Notes: a model not told the origin generated them from the sequence alone. Counted from the stretch's first letter, positions 18,142 to 28,077 are shown. The stretch is 32,000 nucleotides of DNA from Candidatus Saccharimonadota bacterium (GCA_030429505.1 JAUIFI010000001.1:450001-482000), one strand, 5' to 3'. Translations and numbers: made by a program.

Positions 18142-19269
18142 TTAACTCCACCTAGTCATCAAAGATTTTTTCCATGTCTGAAATTCTCTCTGCTCAATCT
18201 TTACTCGAGTCTCACGCATCAAAGCATGATAAAAAGACAAGTTATGAATAGTCAATAAACGCTTGCCCAAATCCTCCCCCACCCGAAGTAAGTGATGTAA
18301 ATATCCCCGAGAATATTTTTTCTCTGCACACACCTCACACGAACATTTCTCATCTAGAACGTTCTTATCCTCTCGAAAAGACGAATTCGTAATTTTCAAA
18401 ACCCCATCCCACGTAAACACAGTCCCATGCCGAGCATTCCGCATTGGCATCACACAATCAAACATATCAATCCCCCGTGAAACAGCTTCCAGTAAATTAG
18501 TCGGCGTCCCCACCCCCATCAAATATCGAGGCTTTTTCTCTGGCATTTGAAGGCACATCTGATCCAGAACCGAATACATTTCTTGTTCACTTTCGCCAAC
18601 CGCCAATCCTCCTAAAGCAAAACCATCAAAAGACAAACTCGTAATTTCCTCCAAACTCCGCTGACGAAGATCTTCAAAACACCCTCCCTGCACAATCCCA
18701 AATATCTGAGGTCTTTCAGTAGGAGAAACTGACAAAGAAAAACGAGCTTTATGAGCTTCTAAGCTTCTGATAGCCCAATCAGTAGTTCGCTCCACCGCCC
18801 GACGAATCGTATGCCACTTCGGGACATTGGGCGGACACTCATCAAACGCCATGACAATATCAGCCCCCAGATTATGCTGGATTTCAAGAGATTTTTCAGC
18901 ATCCAAAAAAAACTTTTTTCCGTCAATATGAGAATGAAACCATACACCACTATCTGTCACTTTTTTCCGTCCCAGAGAAAAAACCTGAAACCCTCCACTA
19001 TCCGTCAAAATCGGACCATCCCATCCTGAAAAATCATGCAGTCCTCCAAAATGAGCCACCACATCAGACCCAGGACGCAAATGTAAATGATATGTATTCG
19101 CGAGCATTACAGGAGCTCCCATTTTTTTCAAATCATCCATATCCACCCCAGCTTTGATCGCTCCACGAGTCGCCACTGATAAGAAAAAAGGCGTCTTTAT
19201 CTTACCTCGACGAGTCTTGAGGATTCCTGCTCGCGCCTGTCCATCAACTACTTGTAATTCAAAATTCAT
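18142..19269 (-). CDS. tgt: tRNA-guanine(34) transglycosylase (queuine tRNA-ribosyltransferase)
   Basis: The motifs are LANTYHL, LTDSGGFQ, and the Zn site CSCEVC...YLHHL. ATG 19269 is preferred (MNFELQVVDGQARAG); the track starts at GTG 19275, which overlaps the recX stop. Confidence 0.92.
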   Translation of the reverse strand: MNFELQVVDGQARAGILKTRRGKIKTPFFLSVATRGAIKAGVDMDDLKKMGAPVMLANTYHLHLRPGSDVVAHFGGLHDFSGWDGPILTDSGGFQVFSLGRKKVTDSGVWFHSHIDGKKFFLDAEKSLEIQHNLGADIVMAFDECPPNVPKWHTIRRAVERTTDWAIRSLEAHKARFSLSVSPTERPQIFGIVQGGCFEDLRQRSLEEITSLSFDGFALGGLAVGESEQEMYSVLDQMCLQMPEKKPRYLMGVGTPTNLLEAVSRGIDMFDCVMPMRNARHGTVFTWDGVLKITNSSFREDKNVLDEKCSCEVCAEKKYSRGYLHHLLRVGEDLGKRLLTIHNLSFYHALMRETRVKIEQREFQTWKKSLMTRWS

Positions 19270-19271
19270 AT

Positions 19272-19733
19272 TCACTCTTCAATCCCCTTTTGAGCTATAG
19301 CAAAATCGTACCCTTTTTGAACCAAAAACTGAAGAATCTTTTGCTTTTTTTGAAAATCATCTCCATCCGGATTTCTCTTCCGAACCTCCGAATACTTCCT
19401 CTCAGCCAACACCTTCACCAGTTCCAATTGTTCCTTTTCGGAAAAACACTCTCGCAACTTTACTTGAATAATATCATCATCAACTCCTTTTTCTCTCAAC
19501 TTATACCGGATCTTCAAAGGCCCTGACCTAGTCGTCAATTTCTGATACTGAATAAAAGCTTCACAAAACCGTTCATCTGACAACCATGATTGAGAAGAAA
19601 ATTCCTCAACCATAGACTCTATCGCTCCTTTCTCAGAAGGAAATTTTTTGAGCAACTTACGACGAAATTCTTCCACCGACATCTCTCTCTTTGCCACCAT
19701 CCGCAACGCCGTATCTCGTAAAGACACACCCAT
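19272..19733 (-). CDS. recX: recombination regulator RecX
   Basis: The 153-aa protein has a RecX-like repeat pattern (ALRMVAKREMSVEEFRRKLLKK...WLSDERFCEAFIQY...GPLKIRYKLREKGVDDDII). Confidence 0.72.
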   Translation of the reverse strand: MGVSLRDTALRMVAKREMSVEEFRRKLLKKFPSEKGAIESMVEEFSSQSWLSDERFCEAFIQYQKLTTRSGPLKIRYKLREKGVDDDIIQVKLRECFSEKEQLELVKVLAERKYSEVRKRNPDGDDFQKKQKILQFLVQKGYDFAIAQKGIEE

Positions 19734-19783
19734 ACATTAATGATAAAGAGTTCTCGTATCCTGTCGAATAATCGAGACAGAAA

Positions 19784-20410
19784 CTACTGCACTACCACAG
19801 TCTCCCCCATCCCACGATTCATATCTACTTCTTTCGAAGAATAAAAATCAAACTGACCACTATCTAAAACAGCAGAAAACTCTCGAGTCTCACCCGGTAC
19901 GATCTTTCCAAAATCCTGCACCCCTAGAATTCCAAAATTATGCGTCAAACGACCAGTATTAGTAACCTCAAAACGAATCTTCCCTTCAATCAAAGGCTCA
20001 TTAATACCCTTGGAAACATCCATCTCCCATTCATACAAATATACCTTTACATAATCACTGTAAGGCAAAGAGCTTTTTGACGGAGAAAAAGATAAAGGCA
20101 CTTTTTTCTTTTCAGGTACTCTCACCACTAAAGGTGATGCTAACGATGTTTCTGACACTTGAGATACATCTTTATCAGCCACAGCAACTTCTTTCTTGTC
20201 CTCATCATCATTCTTTTCCTTATCTTCATCATCAACCATAACTTCAACCTCAGAATCATCCTGATCCATAGAAGGAGCTTCTTCTGTGCTAACCTCCACA
20301 ACAATTTCTTCCTCATTATTCTTTTCTTCTTCCGAAGAAATCTGTTCAGATCGATTTACCAAAAACCAACCCACAATAAGAATGACGATAAGGATAGCGA
20401 TGCGCTTCAT
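19784..20410 (-). CDS. membrane-anchored acidic protein with C-terminal cupredoxin-like domain lacking the Cys ligand
   Basis: The start is at ATG 20410 (MKRIAILIVILIVGWFLV, a TM anchor). An Asp/Glu/Lys-rich linker follows. The C-terminus FEVTNTGRLTHNFGI...IVPGETREF...GQFDFYSSKEVDMNRGMGETVVV resembles the Cupredoxin_1 pattern, with Ser where the Cys ligand would be. Confidence 0.5.
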   Translation of the reverse strand: MKRIAILIVILIVGWFLVNRSEQISSEEEKNNEEEIVVEVSTEEAPSMDQDDSEVEVMVDDEDKEKNDDEDKKEVAVADKDVSQVSETSLASPLVVRVPEKKKVPLSFSPSKSSLPYSDYVKVYLYEWEMDVSKGINEPLIEGKIRFEVTNTGRLTHNFGILGVQDFGKIVPGETREFSAVLDSGQFDFYSSKEVDMNRGMGETVVVQ

Positions 20411-20486
20411 GAAAGAAATATTTAAAATCAAATAAACCTATAAAACAACTTTTCAAAGAATGCAAATCATTTTTTCACAAAATTTT

Positions 20487-20525
20487 AAAAAAAGCCCACT
20501 CGGCACAAAAGTGCAAAGCGGGCTT
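20487..20525 (-). terminator. rho-independent terminator of dnaK
   Basis: The minus strand reads aagcccgct-tt-gcac-tttt-gtgc-cg-agtgggctt followed by T7. Confidence 0.7.
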
Positions 20526-20635
20526 CGGGATAGTCCTGAGTCAGGACGTAAATGTTTTTATGAAAAATAAATATATTGTGGGAATAGTCCTTACTTTATA
20601 AAAGAAAAATAACCATATTTTTAACTCCCTCTTCC

Positions 20636-22622
<1,987 letters not shown>

Positions 22623-22630
22623 ATGGTTTT

Positions 22631-22665
22631 AAAAAAAGACCACCCCCTCATACGAGAGAGTGGTC
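22631..22665 (-). terminator. rho-independent terminator of the 22691..23722 gene
   Basis: The minus strand reads gaccac-16 nt-gtggtc followed by T7. Confidence 0.55.
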
Positions 22666-22690
22666 AAAAACGACTTAGATATGTGCTGTC

Positions 22691-23722
22691 TTATTGAATC
22701 TTAGTGAACTTCCCTGCTCGTCCACTAAGAGTGTAAAAATACGGTCCCGAAGCGAAATGACTCAGATCGATTTGATGCGAAGTCGTTCCCAGCGGAATCC
22801 TCGCCTGATACATAACCACCCCATAAACATCACGCACCACCAACATTCCATCACCGTAAGTATCCTCAGGAAGAGGAATAGTCACAACCTCAGTAGCCGG
22901 ATTGGGACGAGGCAGTTCCCGGTCACTAGAGTTTAACTCATGAATTCCCGTTGTCTCATCCCAGATGAGAAGTCTTAATCGATGTCCCCAAATATTATTG
23001 GCCGTGCCTGGATCAGGGATATACCGAAAGAATCCCCATCCCAATGTATCACCATGATTCAAAACCATTCCTTCAGGAGGAAATTCCATTGTATAGGTAT
23101 TTCCTTCTGCGAATCGTGGAGGAACGCTATTGGACCCAAGTCGTCCAAGAAAAAATAGCGTCCCAGGAGATTCCGGACAATCTTCCCCCTCAAAGCGAAA
23201 GGTAATTATAGGAGCTGCCGTGCGATAATTGTCCGGAGGACTTACAGGTCTCGCTGACTCGCAAGATGAGTAAGTAAAACTCATCTCACCCGAAAACACT
23301 GATTCGGAAGAAGTTTCCGCTTCGGCAATCCACTCAATAGGTGTATTTTCGGGAATAATATCTGTTGAAACTTCAAAGGTCACCGTATCCGTTTCGCCAA
23401 AAAATGAATATTTCTCATCGCTCTCCGGTAAAAAAATATGCCCATAATACTGCCTCGCCTCCGGATATTTCCGGACAGCAAATTCTAGGGAAGTTAGTTC
23501 GTTTCGAAAGACCCAGCTATCTGCTGGCTTTATAACCCCAAGATCATCTTGTTGCGTTTCGTCCGAAGCTGGTTTGTCGATTTCGAGATTATATTTCTCA
23601 AAAAACATCATCCCCCCTTCGAATCTTACAAAGTTGAATTCTTCCTCATTGTCTACAAATTGTGCTTGAGTAACTTGGAACGCTCCAAAAAAGAACAGCA
23701 TACAAAGAACAAGTTTCCGCAT
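22691..23722 (-). CDS. secreted protein with T9SS type-A (Por_Secre_tail / FlgD-Ig-like) C-terminal domain
   Basis: The signal peptide is MRKLVLCMLFFFGAFQVTQAQ. The C-terminal ~75 aa read RPNPATEVVTIPLP...MLVVRDVYGVVMYQ...IDLSHFASGPYFYTLSGRAGKFTKIQ, which fits the PNPa..-..i.D..G..v...-l..l..G.Y-...K. CTD pattern. A strong SD (aaggaggt) is present. Confidence 0.7.
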   Translation of the reverse strand: MRKLVLCMLFFFGAFQVTQAQFVDNEEEFNFVRFEGGMMFFEKYNLEIDKPASDETQQDDLGVIKPADSWVFRNELTSLEFAVRKYPEARQYYGHIFLPESDEKYSFFGETDTVTFEVSTDIIPENTPIEWIAEAETSSESVFSGEMSFTYSSCESARPVSPPDNYRTAAPIITFRFEGEDCPESPGTLFFLGRLGSNSVPPRFAEGNTYTMEFPPEGMVLNHGDTLGWGFFRYIPDPGTANNIWGHRLRLLIWDETTGIHELNSSDRELPRPNPATEVVTIPLPEDTYGDGMLVVRDVYGVVMYQARIPLGTTSHQIDLSHFASGPYFYTLSGRAGKFTKIQ

Positions 23723-23965
23723 AGGAACCTCCTTTTAGTTAAAAAAACACTATCCAAGAATAAATATAAAATACGAACAAAAGACACTCCCGTATCCCCT
23801 CCTCGTATTCTATATTTATCTCTTATCTAAATCGTCATGAAAAAGAACACGCTTCAAGCCAACCAAAAATGACTGATGTCAGATATTGTCAAGCAAGAAA
23901 CCAAAGATATTATGAAATAAAAATTAAAAAATGCAAACAATTTCATGAAGAAAAAAAAGAAGCAT

Positions 23966-23991
23966 AAAAAAAACCTCACCGAAGTAAGGTT
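23966..23991 (-). terminator. rho-independent terminator of the 24012..24689 gene
   Basis: The minus strand reads aaccttac-ttcg-gtgaggtt (UUCG loop, one mismatch) followed by T8. Confidence 0.6.
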
Positions 23992-24011
23992 TTTGAGCTG
24001 TTATAATCATG

Positions 24012-24689
24012 TCATTGCTTAACAAATGTCTGAGAGAAATGCTGTCCGTTTTCTAGTTTAAGCACACAGACATATGTTCCCCCAGGTATATCCATGGGAA
24101 GAATAGGAAACGTGTAATCACCAGAGTGCTCGGCATAATCCGAACGATCATATACAGATCTCCCCGTAACATCCATTATAGACAAGTGGAATTGCCCGGG
24201 AGCAAACATGGAAAAAGTAACACTTGCACTTTCTGATACAGGATGAGGAGCTATACGTACCACATCAGGTATAAAATCATCCTCAACACCCGTTGCCAGC
24301 TTCCCCACAAGGAGAAGAATTCTATTTTGACTTAAATACGAGTTAAAAGGCGGATATAGAGCTCTCATAGAGAGGAACACAGTATCCCCCATTTTCACAT
24401 CAAAGCGCCGAAGCACTTCAAGAGAAAGATTCCTTATACTTAAATCCTCTAATTGACGAGAATAACCCTCTCTTGCCCCATTCGAAAGATTATGAGTTAG
24501 AGTAATTACGATTCCTTGCAAAGAATCACAATCTTCTAAATCAAACTCTATAGGGATTTCTTCTCCAGAATCAATAACCATCTCATTTGGAGGATATGTC
24601 AGAAAAGGAGCAGATGGGCATGGATCTTGTGAAAAACTACAAACAGAAAACATAAAAAACATGCTCAAAAAAGCCATAAAATTACGCAT
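24012..24689 (-). CDS. secreted protein with T9SS type-A (Por_Secre_tail-like) C-terminal domain
   Basis: The signal peptide is MRNFMAFLSMFFMFSVCSFSQ. The C-terminus reads IAPHPVSESASVTFSMFAPGQFHLSIMDVTGRSVY...IPGGTYVCVLKLENGQHFSQTFVKQ, a very typical CTD ending. An SD (aggag) is present. The N-terminal domain is homologous to part of the 22691..23722 product. Confidence 0.72.
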   Translation of the reverse strand: MRNFMAFLSMFFMFSVCSFSQDPCPSAPFLTYPPNEMVIDSGEEIPIEFDLEDCDSLQGIVITLTHNLSNGAREGYSRQLEDLSIRNLSLEVLRRFDVKMGDTVFLSMRALYPPFNSYLSQNRILLLVGKLATGVEDDFIPDVVRIAPHPVSESASVTFSMFAPGQFHLSIMDVTGRSVYDRSDYAEHSGDYTFPILPMDIPGGTYVCVLKLENGQHFSQTFVKQ

Positions 24690-24854
24690 AACAACTCCTA
24701 CACCTTTAAGAACAAAAAATGAACGAATCTAGATAAGAACAAAAGGAAAACTTTTTTCCTTTCGATACGAAAAAGAACTATCCCTTTGACTTTTTATAAA
24801 ATCAAAAGAACAAAAATATTGTGAAGTCAAAACAGAAAAAAATCAATAAATTCT

Positions 24855-24883
24855 TTGCCTTCTTGAAAAAAAAGTGATAGAAT
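24855..24883 (+). promoter_or_regulatory. putative promoter for the LOG-family gene (TTGCCT-N17-TAGAAT, TGA extended -10)
   Basis: The sequence is ttgcct(24855-60)-17 nt-tagaat(24878-83), 35 nt upstream of ATG 24919. Confidence 0.4.
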
Positions 24884-24918
24884 AAACAACTAAAAAACAT
24901 TAAACACACATCAAAAAT

Positions 24919-25590
24919 ATGAATAAAAACCTCAAAGATCACGGCATGCAAAATGTTTCGGTCGAAAAAGAATTAAAGCACAATCAGTTCCGAGTGGCTA
25001 TTTTTGGTTCAGCTCGAATCAAACCCAACGACAAAATTTTCACAGAAGTCATAGAACTTTCTAAAGAAATTGCCAAAAAAGATATAGACGTCGTCACTGG
25101 AGGTGGACCAGGTATTATGGAAGCCGCCAACCTCGGACACCAAATGGGAACGAATGGAAACTCAGACTCAATTGGTTTAACTATCGAACTTCCTTGGGAA
25201 AATGAAGGGAATAAGCATTTAGATAAACAAAAACACTTCGCCAAATTTTCAAGTCGACTCGACCATTTTATGGCACTTTCTAACGTTGTCGTCGTTATGC
25301 CAGGAGGAGTCGGAACATGTCTAGAATTTTTCTATACTTGGCAACTCATGCAAGTCAATCACATATGCAATACCCCCATAATCCTTCACGGAAAGATGTG
25401 GCATGATCTCATGAAATGGGTAGAAAAATATCCGATCAAAGATGGTCTAATCAGTCCTGAAGATGCCAATGGTATTTATTGTGTAAAAAACAATAAAGAA
25501 GCTATGAAAATAATTAACACAAGCCATAAAACTTACCTAGAACACGGCAAAAACTACTGTACCAACAATAAAAAGTACAAACTCGACTAA
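24919..25590 (+). CDS. LOG family protein (TIGR00730; nucleotide 5'-monophosphate nucleosidase / cytokinin riboside 5'-monophosphate phosphoribohydrolase-like)
   Basis: The motifs are VAIFGSARI, VVTGGGPGIMEAANLG and the signature VVVMPGGVGTCLEFFYTWQL (PGGxGTxxE). Confidence 0.85.
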   Translation: MNKNLKDHGMQNVSVEKELKHNQFRVAIFGSARIKPNDKIFTEVIELSKEIAKKDIDVVTGGGPGIMEAANLGHQMGTNGNSDSIGLTIELPWENEGNKHLDKQKHFAKFSSRLDHFMALSNVVVVMPGGVGTCLEFFYTWQLMQVNHICNTPIILHGKMWHDLMKWVEKYPIKDGLISPEDANGIYCVKNNKEAMKIINTSHKTYLEHGKNYCTNNKKYKLD

Positions 25591-25598
25591 AAGCTGAT

Positions 25599-26096
25599 TT
25601 ATCCATACGTAACAAAAATAACTCGATCAGGAGACGATTTGTTTTCTTGTAGAAAAGATTGAACCGCCTCTCTCGCTACCTTTTCAGCCTTATCTTTCGG
25701 ATAACCAAAAACTCCAGTACTAATCGCCGAAAAAGCAATTTCACGAATACCATGATGCACAGCTAGCTTTAGACTATTGATATACGCATTCGCTAAAAGC
25801 TCCGACTCCCCCTGATCCCCTCCTTTCCACACAGGACCAACAGTATGAATAATATATCGGGCAGGGAGATTAAATCCATCTGTGATAAAAGCCTCCCCCA
25901 CCGGCAATCCATTCGGATATCCAGATCTCAGAACATCTTGGCAAGCTTTACGCAAAACCTCGCGCCCAGCCGCCACATGAATCGCCTGATCAACGCCCCC
26001 ATCTCCCGAACACTGAGAATCCGTCGCATTGACCACCGCCTCCACCTCCAGAGACACGATATCACCCGTCACATATTCAATGTCCACCATATCCAT
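25599..26096 (-). CDS. macro domain protein (O-acetyl-ADP-ribose deacetylase / ADP-ribose binding, YmdB-like)
   Basis: The sequence reads MDMVDIEYVTGDIVSLEVEAVVNATDS...GGVDQAIHVAAG...IIHTVGPVW...IAFSAISTGVFGYP. The start was set at ATG 26096 (or 26090). The track ORF up to 26327 is an antisense extension over rsmA. Confidence 0.85.
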   Translation of the reverse strand: MDMVDIEYVTGDIVSLEVEAVVNATDSQCSGDGGVDQAIHVAAGREVLRKACQDVLRSGYPNGLPVGEAFITDGFNLPARYIIHTVGPVWKGGDQGESELLANAYINSLKLAVHHGIREIAFSAISTGVFGYPKDKAEKVAREAVQSFLQENKSSPDRVIFVTYG

Positions 26097-26127
26097 ACAA
26101 TCACATCCATGATAGCATAAACATAGC

Positions 26128-26931
26128 ATGAAAAAACGATTCGCCAAAAAATCCCTAGGGCAAAACTTTCTCCACTCTTCTGAAATTCGAGATAAAATTT
26201 TGGAAGCTGCTGGAGATATAACTGGAAAAAATATTCTTGAAATCGGACCAGGACTTGGCTTCTTAACCACTAAACTTCTAGCAAAAGGAGCAACTATCAC
26301 CGCCGTAGAAATCGACCCTCGAGCCACTCAAATACTCCAAAAAGATTTTTCACATAAAGAAGATTTTAAACTCATAAAAGGAGACATTCTTCAGCAAAAC
26401 TTAGATACAATATTTGAACAAAAAAAATACTCAATAATTGCAAACATCCCCTACAACATAACCGCTCCAATCCTTCGAAAAACACTTTCAGAAACAAAAA
26501 ACAAACCAGAAATGGCCATTCTCATGGTACAAAAAGAAGTCGCCCAAAAAATAACCGATCAAAAGAAGCGATCTATCCTTTCTATATCCATCGAAATATT
26601 TGCAGAAAGTTCCATCGTATGCGAAGTCAATCGAGAATGTTTTTCTCCCATTCCCAAAGTTGACTCTGCTGTTATCAAACTAACAACTCGCACAAAACCG
26701 CTTATTACACCAGAACTAGAAAAAAAATTTTTTACAGTAGTAAATGCTGGCTTTACTCAAAAACGAAAAAAAATTAGTAATTATTTGGGAGGCTATTTCG
26801 GTATCTCTAGTCAACAACTCCTAGGATCTATAAATCCCAATGCACGAGCTGAAACTTTATCAATCGATGACTGGATCCTCATAACAAATAATTTCAAAAA
26901 TCTCATAAAACACAAAAGCAAAAATAAATAG
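26128..26931 (+). CDS. rsmA: 16S rRNA (adenine1518/1519-N6)-dimethyltransferase
   Basis: The motifs are KKSLGQNFL, the SAM motif LEIGPGLGFLT, and NIPYNIT. Confidence 0.92.
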   Translation: MKKRFAKKSLGQNFLHSSEIRDKILEAAGDITGKNILEIGPGLGFLTTKLLAKGATITAVEIDPRATQILQKDFSHKEDFKLIKGDILQQNLDTIFEQKKYSIIANIPYNITAPILRKTLSETKNKPEMAILMVQKEVAQKITDQKKRSILSISIEIFAESSIVCEVNRECFSPIPKVDSAVIKLTTRTKPLITPELEKKFFTVVNAGFTQKRKKISNYLGGYFGISSQQLLGSINPNARAETLSIDDWILITNNFKNLIKHKSKNK

Positions 26932-26978
26932 TAAAAAAAACAAAAATAAATACTATAAACCCGATCTCAGCAAAGCAC

Positions 26979-27518
26979 ATGAAAAAATTATTCGTCATCA
27001 CCACACTCCTTATTTTAGCAGGTTGTAATAGTACAAATACACCACAAAAAGACTCAATTTCTTCCATCACCGGAATACAAAATATCGAGACACTTGCTCT
27101 CGGAGAAACATGCGGAGGAGAAATTAAGAAAAAATGTGCTCCAGATCTCGAATGTCAGCAAAACGAATACGACATATCCGGAATCTGTGTAAAATCAGTA
27201 GTAAACGATATCGACTGCCCAAAAACACAACTCCCAGTTTGTGGGTTAAAAGGCATTACCAAAAACGGCTACCTCAACGAATGCGAAGCTCGTAGACACG
27301 GTGCACAAATTTTATATGATGGATTTTGTAAACAAGATCTTACTATCCCAGAGAATTGTAAGGCACAAATGCTCGCTATCGGCAACTGTGAAAATATTTT
27401 CACTGGTTATCAATTCGACGGAAAAACTTGTGAAAAAGTAAGTAAAACCGCCTGTGATGCTGACATTCCTTTTGAGACAAAAGAATTATGCTTGGAGAAA
27501 TGTAATCTCGATAGTTGA
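26979..27518 (+). CDS. Cys-rich lipoprotein with Kazal-like and Kunitz/BPTI-like cysteine modules (putative protease inhibitor)
   Basis: The lipobox is LLILAGC (Cys16). Fourteen further Cys fall into three blocks. The first is C45-x7-C-x5-C-x10-C70. The second is C80-x7-C88(PVCG)-x13(..YLNE)-C102-x14-C117, which is Kazal-like. The third is C127-x9-C-x13-C-x7-C-x11-C-x3-C175 (GNCENIFTGYQFDGKTCEKVSKTACDADIPFETKELCLEKC), which is Kunitz-like. Confidence 0.6.
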   Translation: MKKLFVITTLLILAGCNSTNTPQKDSISSITGIQNIETLALGETCGGEIKKKCAPDLECQQNEYDISGICVKSVVNDIDCPKTQLPVCGLKGITKNGYLNECEARRHGAQILYDGFCKQDLTIPENCKAQMLAIGNCENIFTGYQFDGKTCEKVSKTACDADIPFETKELCLEKCNLDS

Positions 27519-27585
27519 TAAATAATTTTGTTATTATATAAATAATTAAACTGATTTATTCATAATTCAAAAGAGGAGAAATCCT

Positions 27586-27828
27586 ATGTATACAAACACT
27601 AATCAGGGACTTGAAGCCTATAAAGAAAAGATCAGAGACATAAGAAGAAAGCACAGAAATCGCCCCACACACACAACGCCAACGTATGACGCAGAAATAG
27701 AAGATGTGTTAAGGCAAGGAAGTATAAGTCAGTTCATTCTCGGCATGGAAGCAGCACTCGGCATCACGAAAAAAGAAAAAGAAAGCATTCTAACAGAAAT
27801 TATAGCTGCCGAAGCAACCCCTGTCTAG
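27586..27828 (+). CDS. hypothetical small protein (80 aa)
   Basis: A strong SD (agaggaga, 6 nt spacing) precedes it. A very strong terminator follows immediately downstream. No family was recognised. Confidence 0.55.
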   Translation: MYTNTNQGLEAYKEKIRDIRRKHRNRPTHTTPTYDAEIEDVLRQGSISQFILGMEAALGITKKEKESILTEIIAAEATPV

Positions 27829-27851
27829 CCAATATTGGCTCCCCCGTATCA

Positions 27852-27886
27852 GCCCGACGATCAACATCGATTGTCGGGCTTTTTTT
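27852..27886 (+). terminator. rho-independent terminator
   Basis: An 11-bp stem (gcccgacgatc / gattgtcgggc, one G-U pair) with a 6-nt loop is followed by T7. Confidence 0.8.
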
Positions 27887-28077
27887 CAGAGATCCTTCGT
27901 CCCTCAGGATATCAAAACATAAAAAGCCTCTCGTATACTCGTTATCTCATCCAACAGTCTTTCAATTCTTAATTTTTAATTCGTAGTTTGCTCTCTTATT
28001 CATCAAGAACCGTAACATATCCCCTTATCAACCTCAAAAAAACTACCATTTCAAGAAAGTTTTTATGAGACAAATTT

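Noticed and set aside
22691-24689. Elevated GC content as evidence that the T9SS-CTD genes are a horizontally acquired island.
   Set aside because: Hand counts give ~47-53% GC for 60-nt samples here. Samples from groEL and dnaK are similar, while lineage-specific acidic proteins drop to ~27-35%. Local GC tracks protein conservation and composition, so it is not diagnostic without a proper computation.
26097-26327. The 77-aa N-terminal extension of the macro-domain ORF (the track calls 25599..26327).
   Set aside because: The extension is antisense to the rsmA 5' coding region and has no macro-domain homology. The macro fold begins right after the internal Met codons at 26096/26090 (MDMVDIEYVTGDI).
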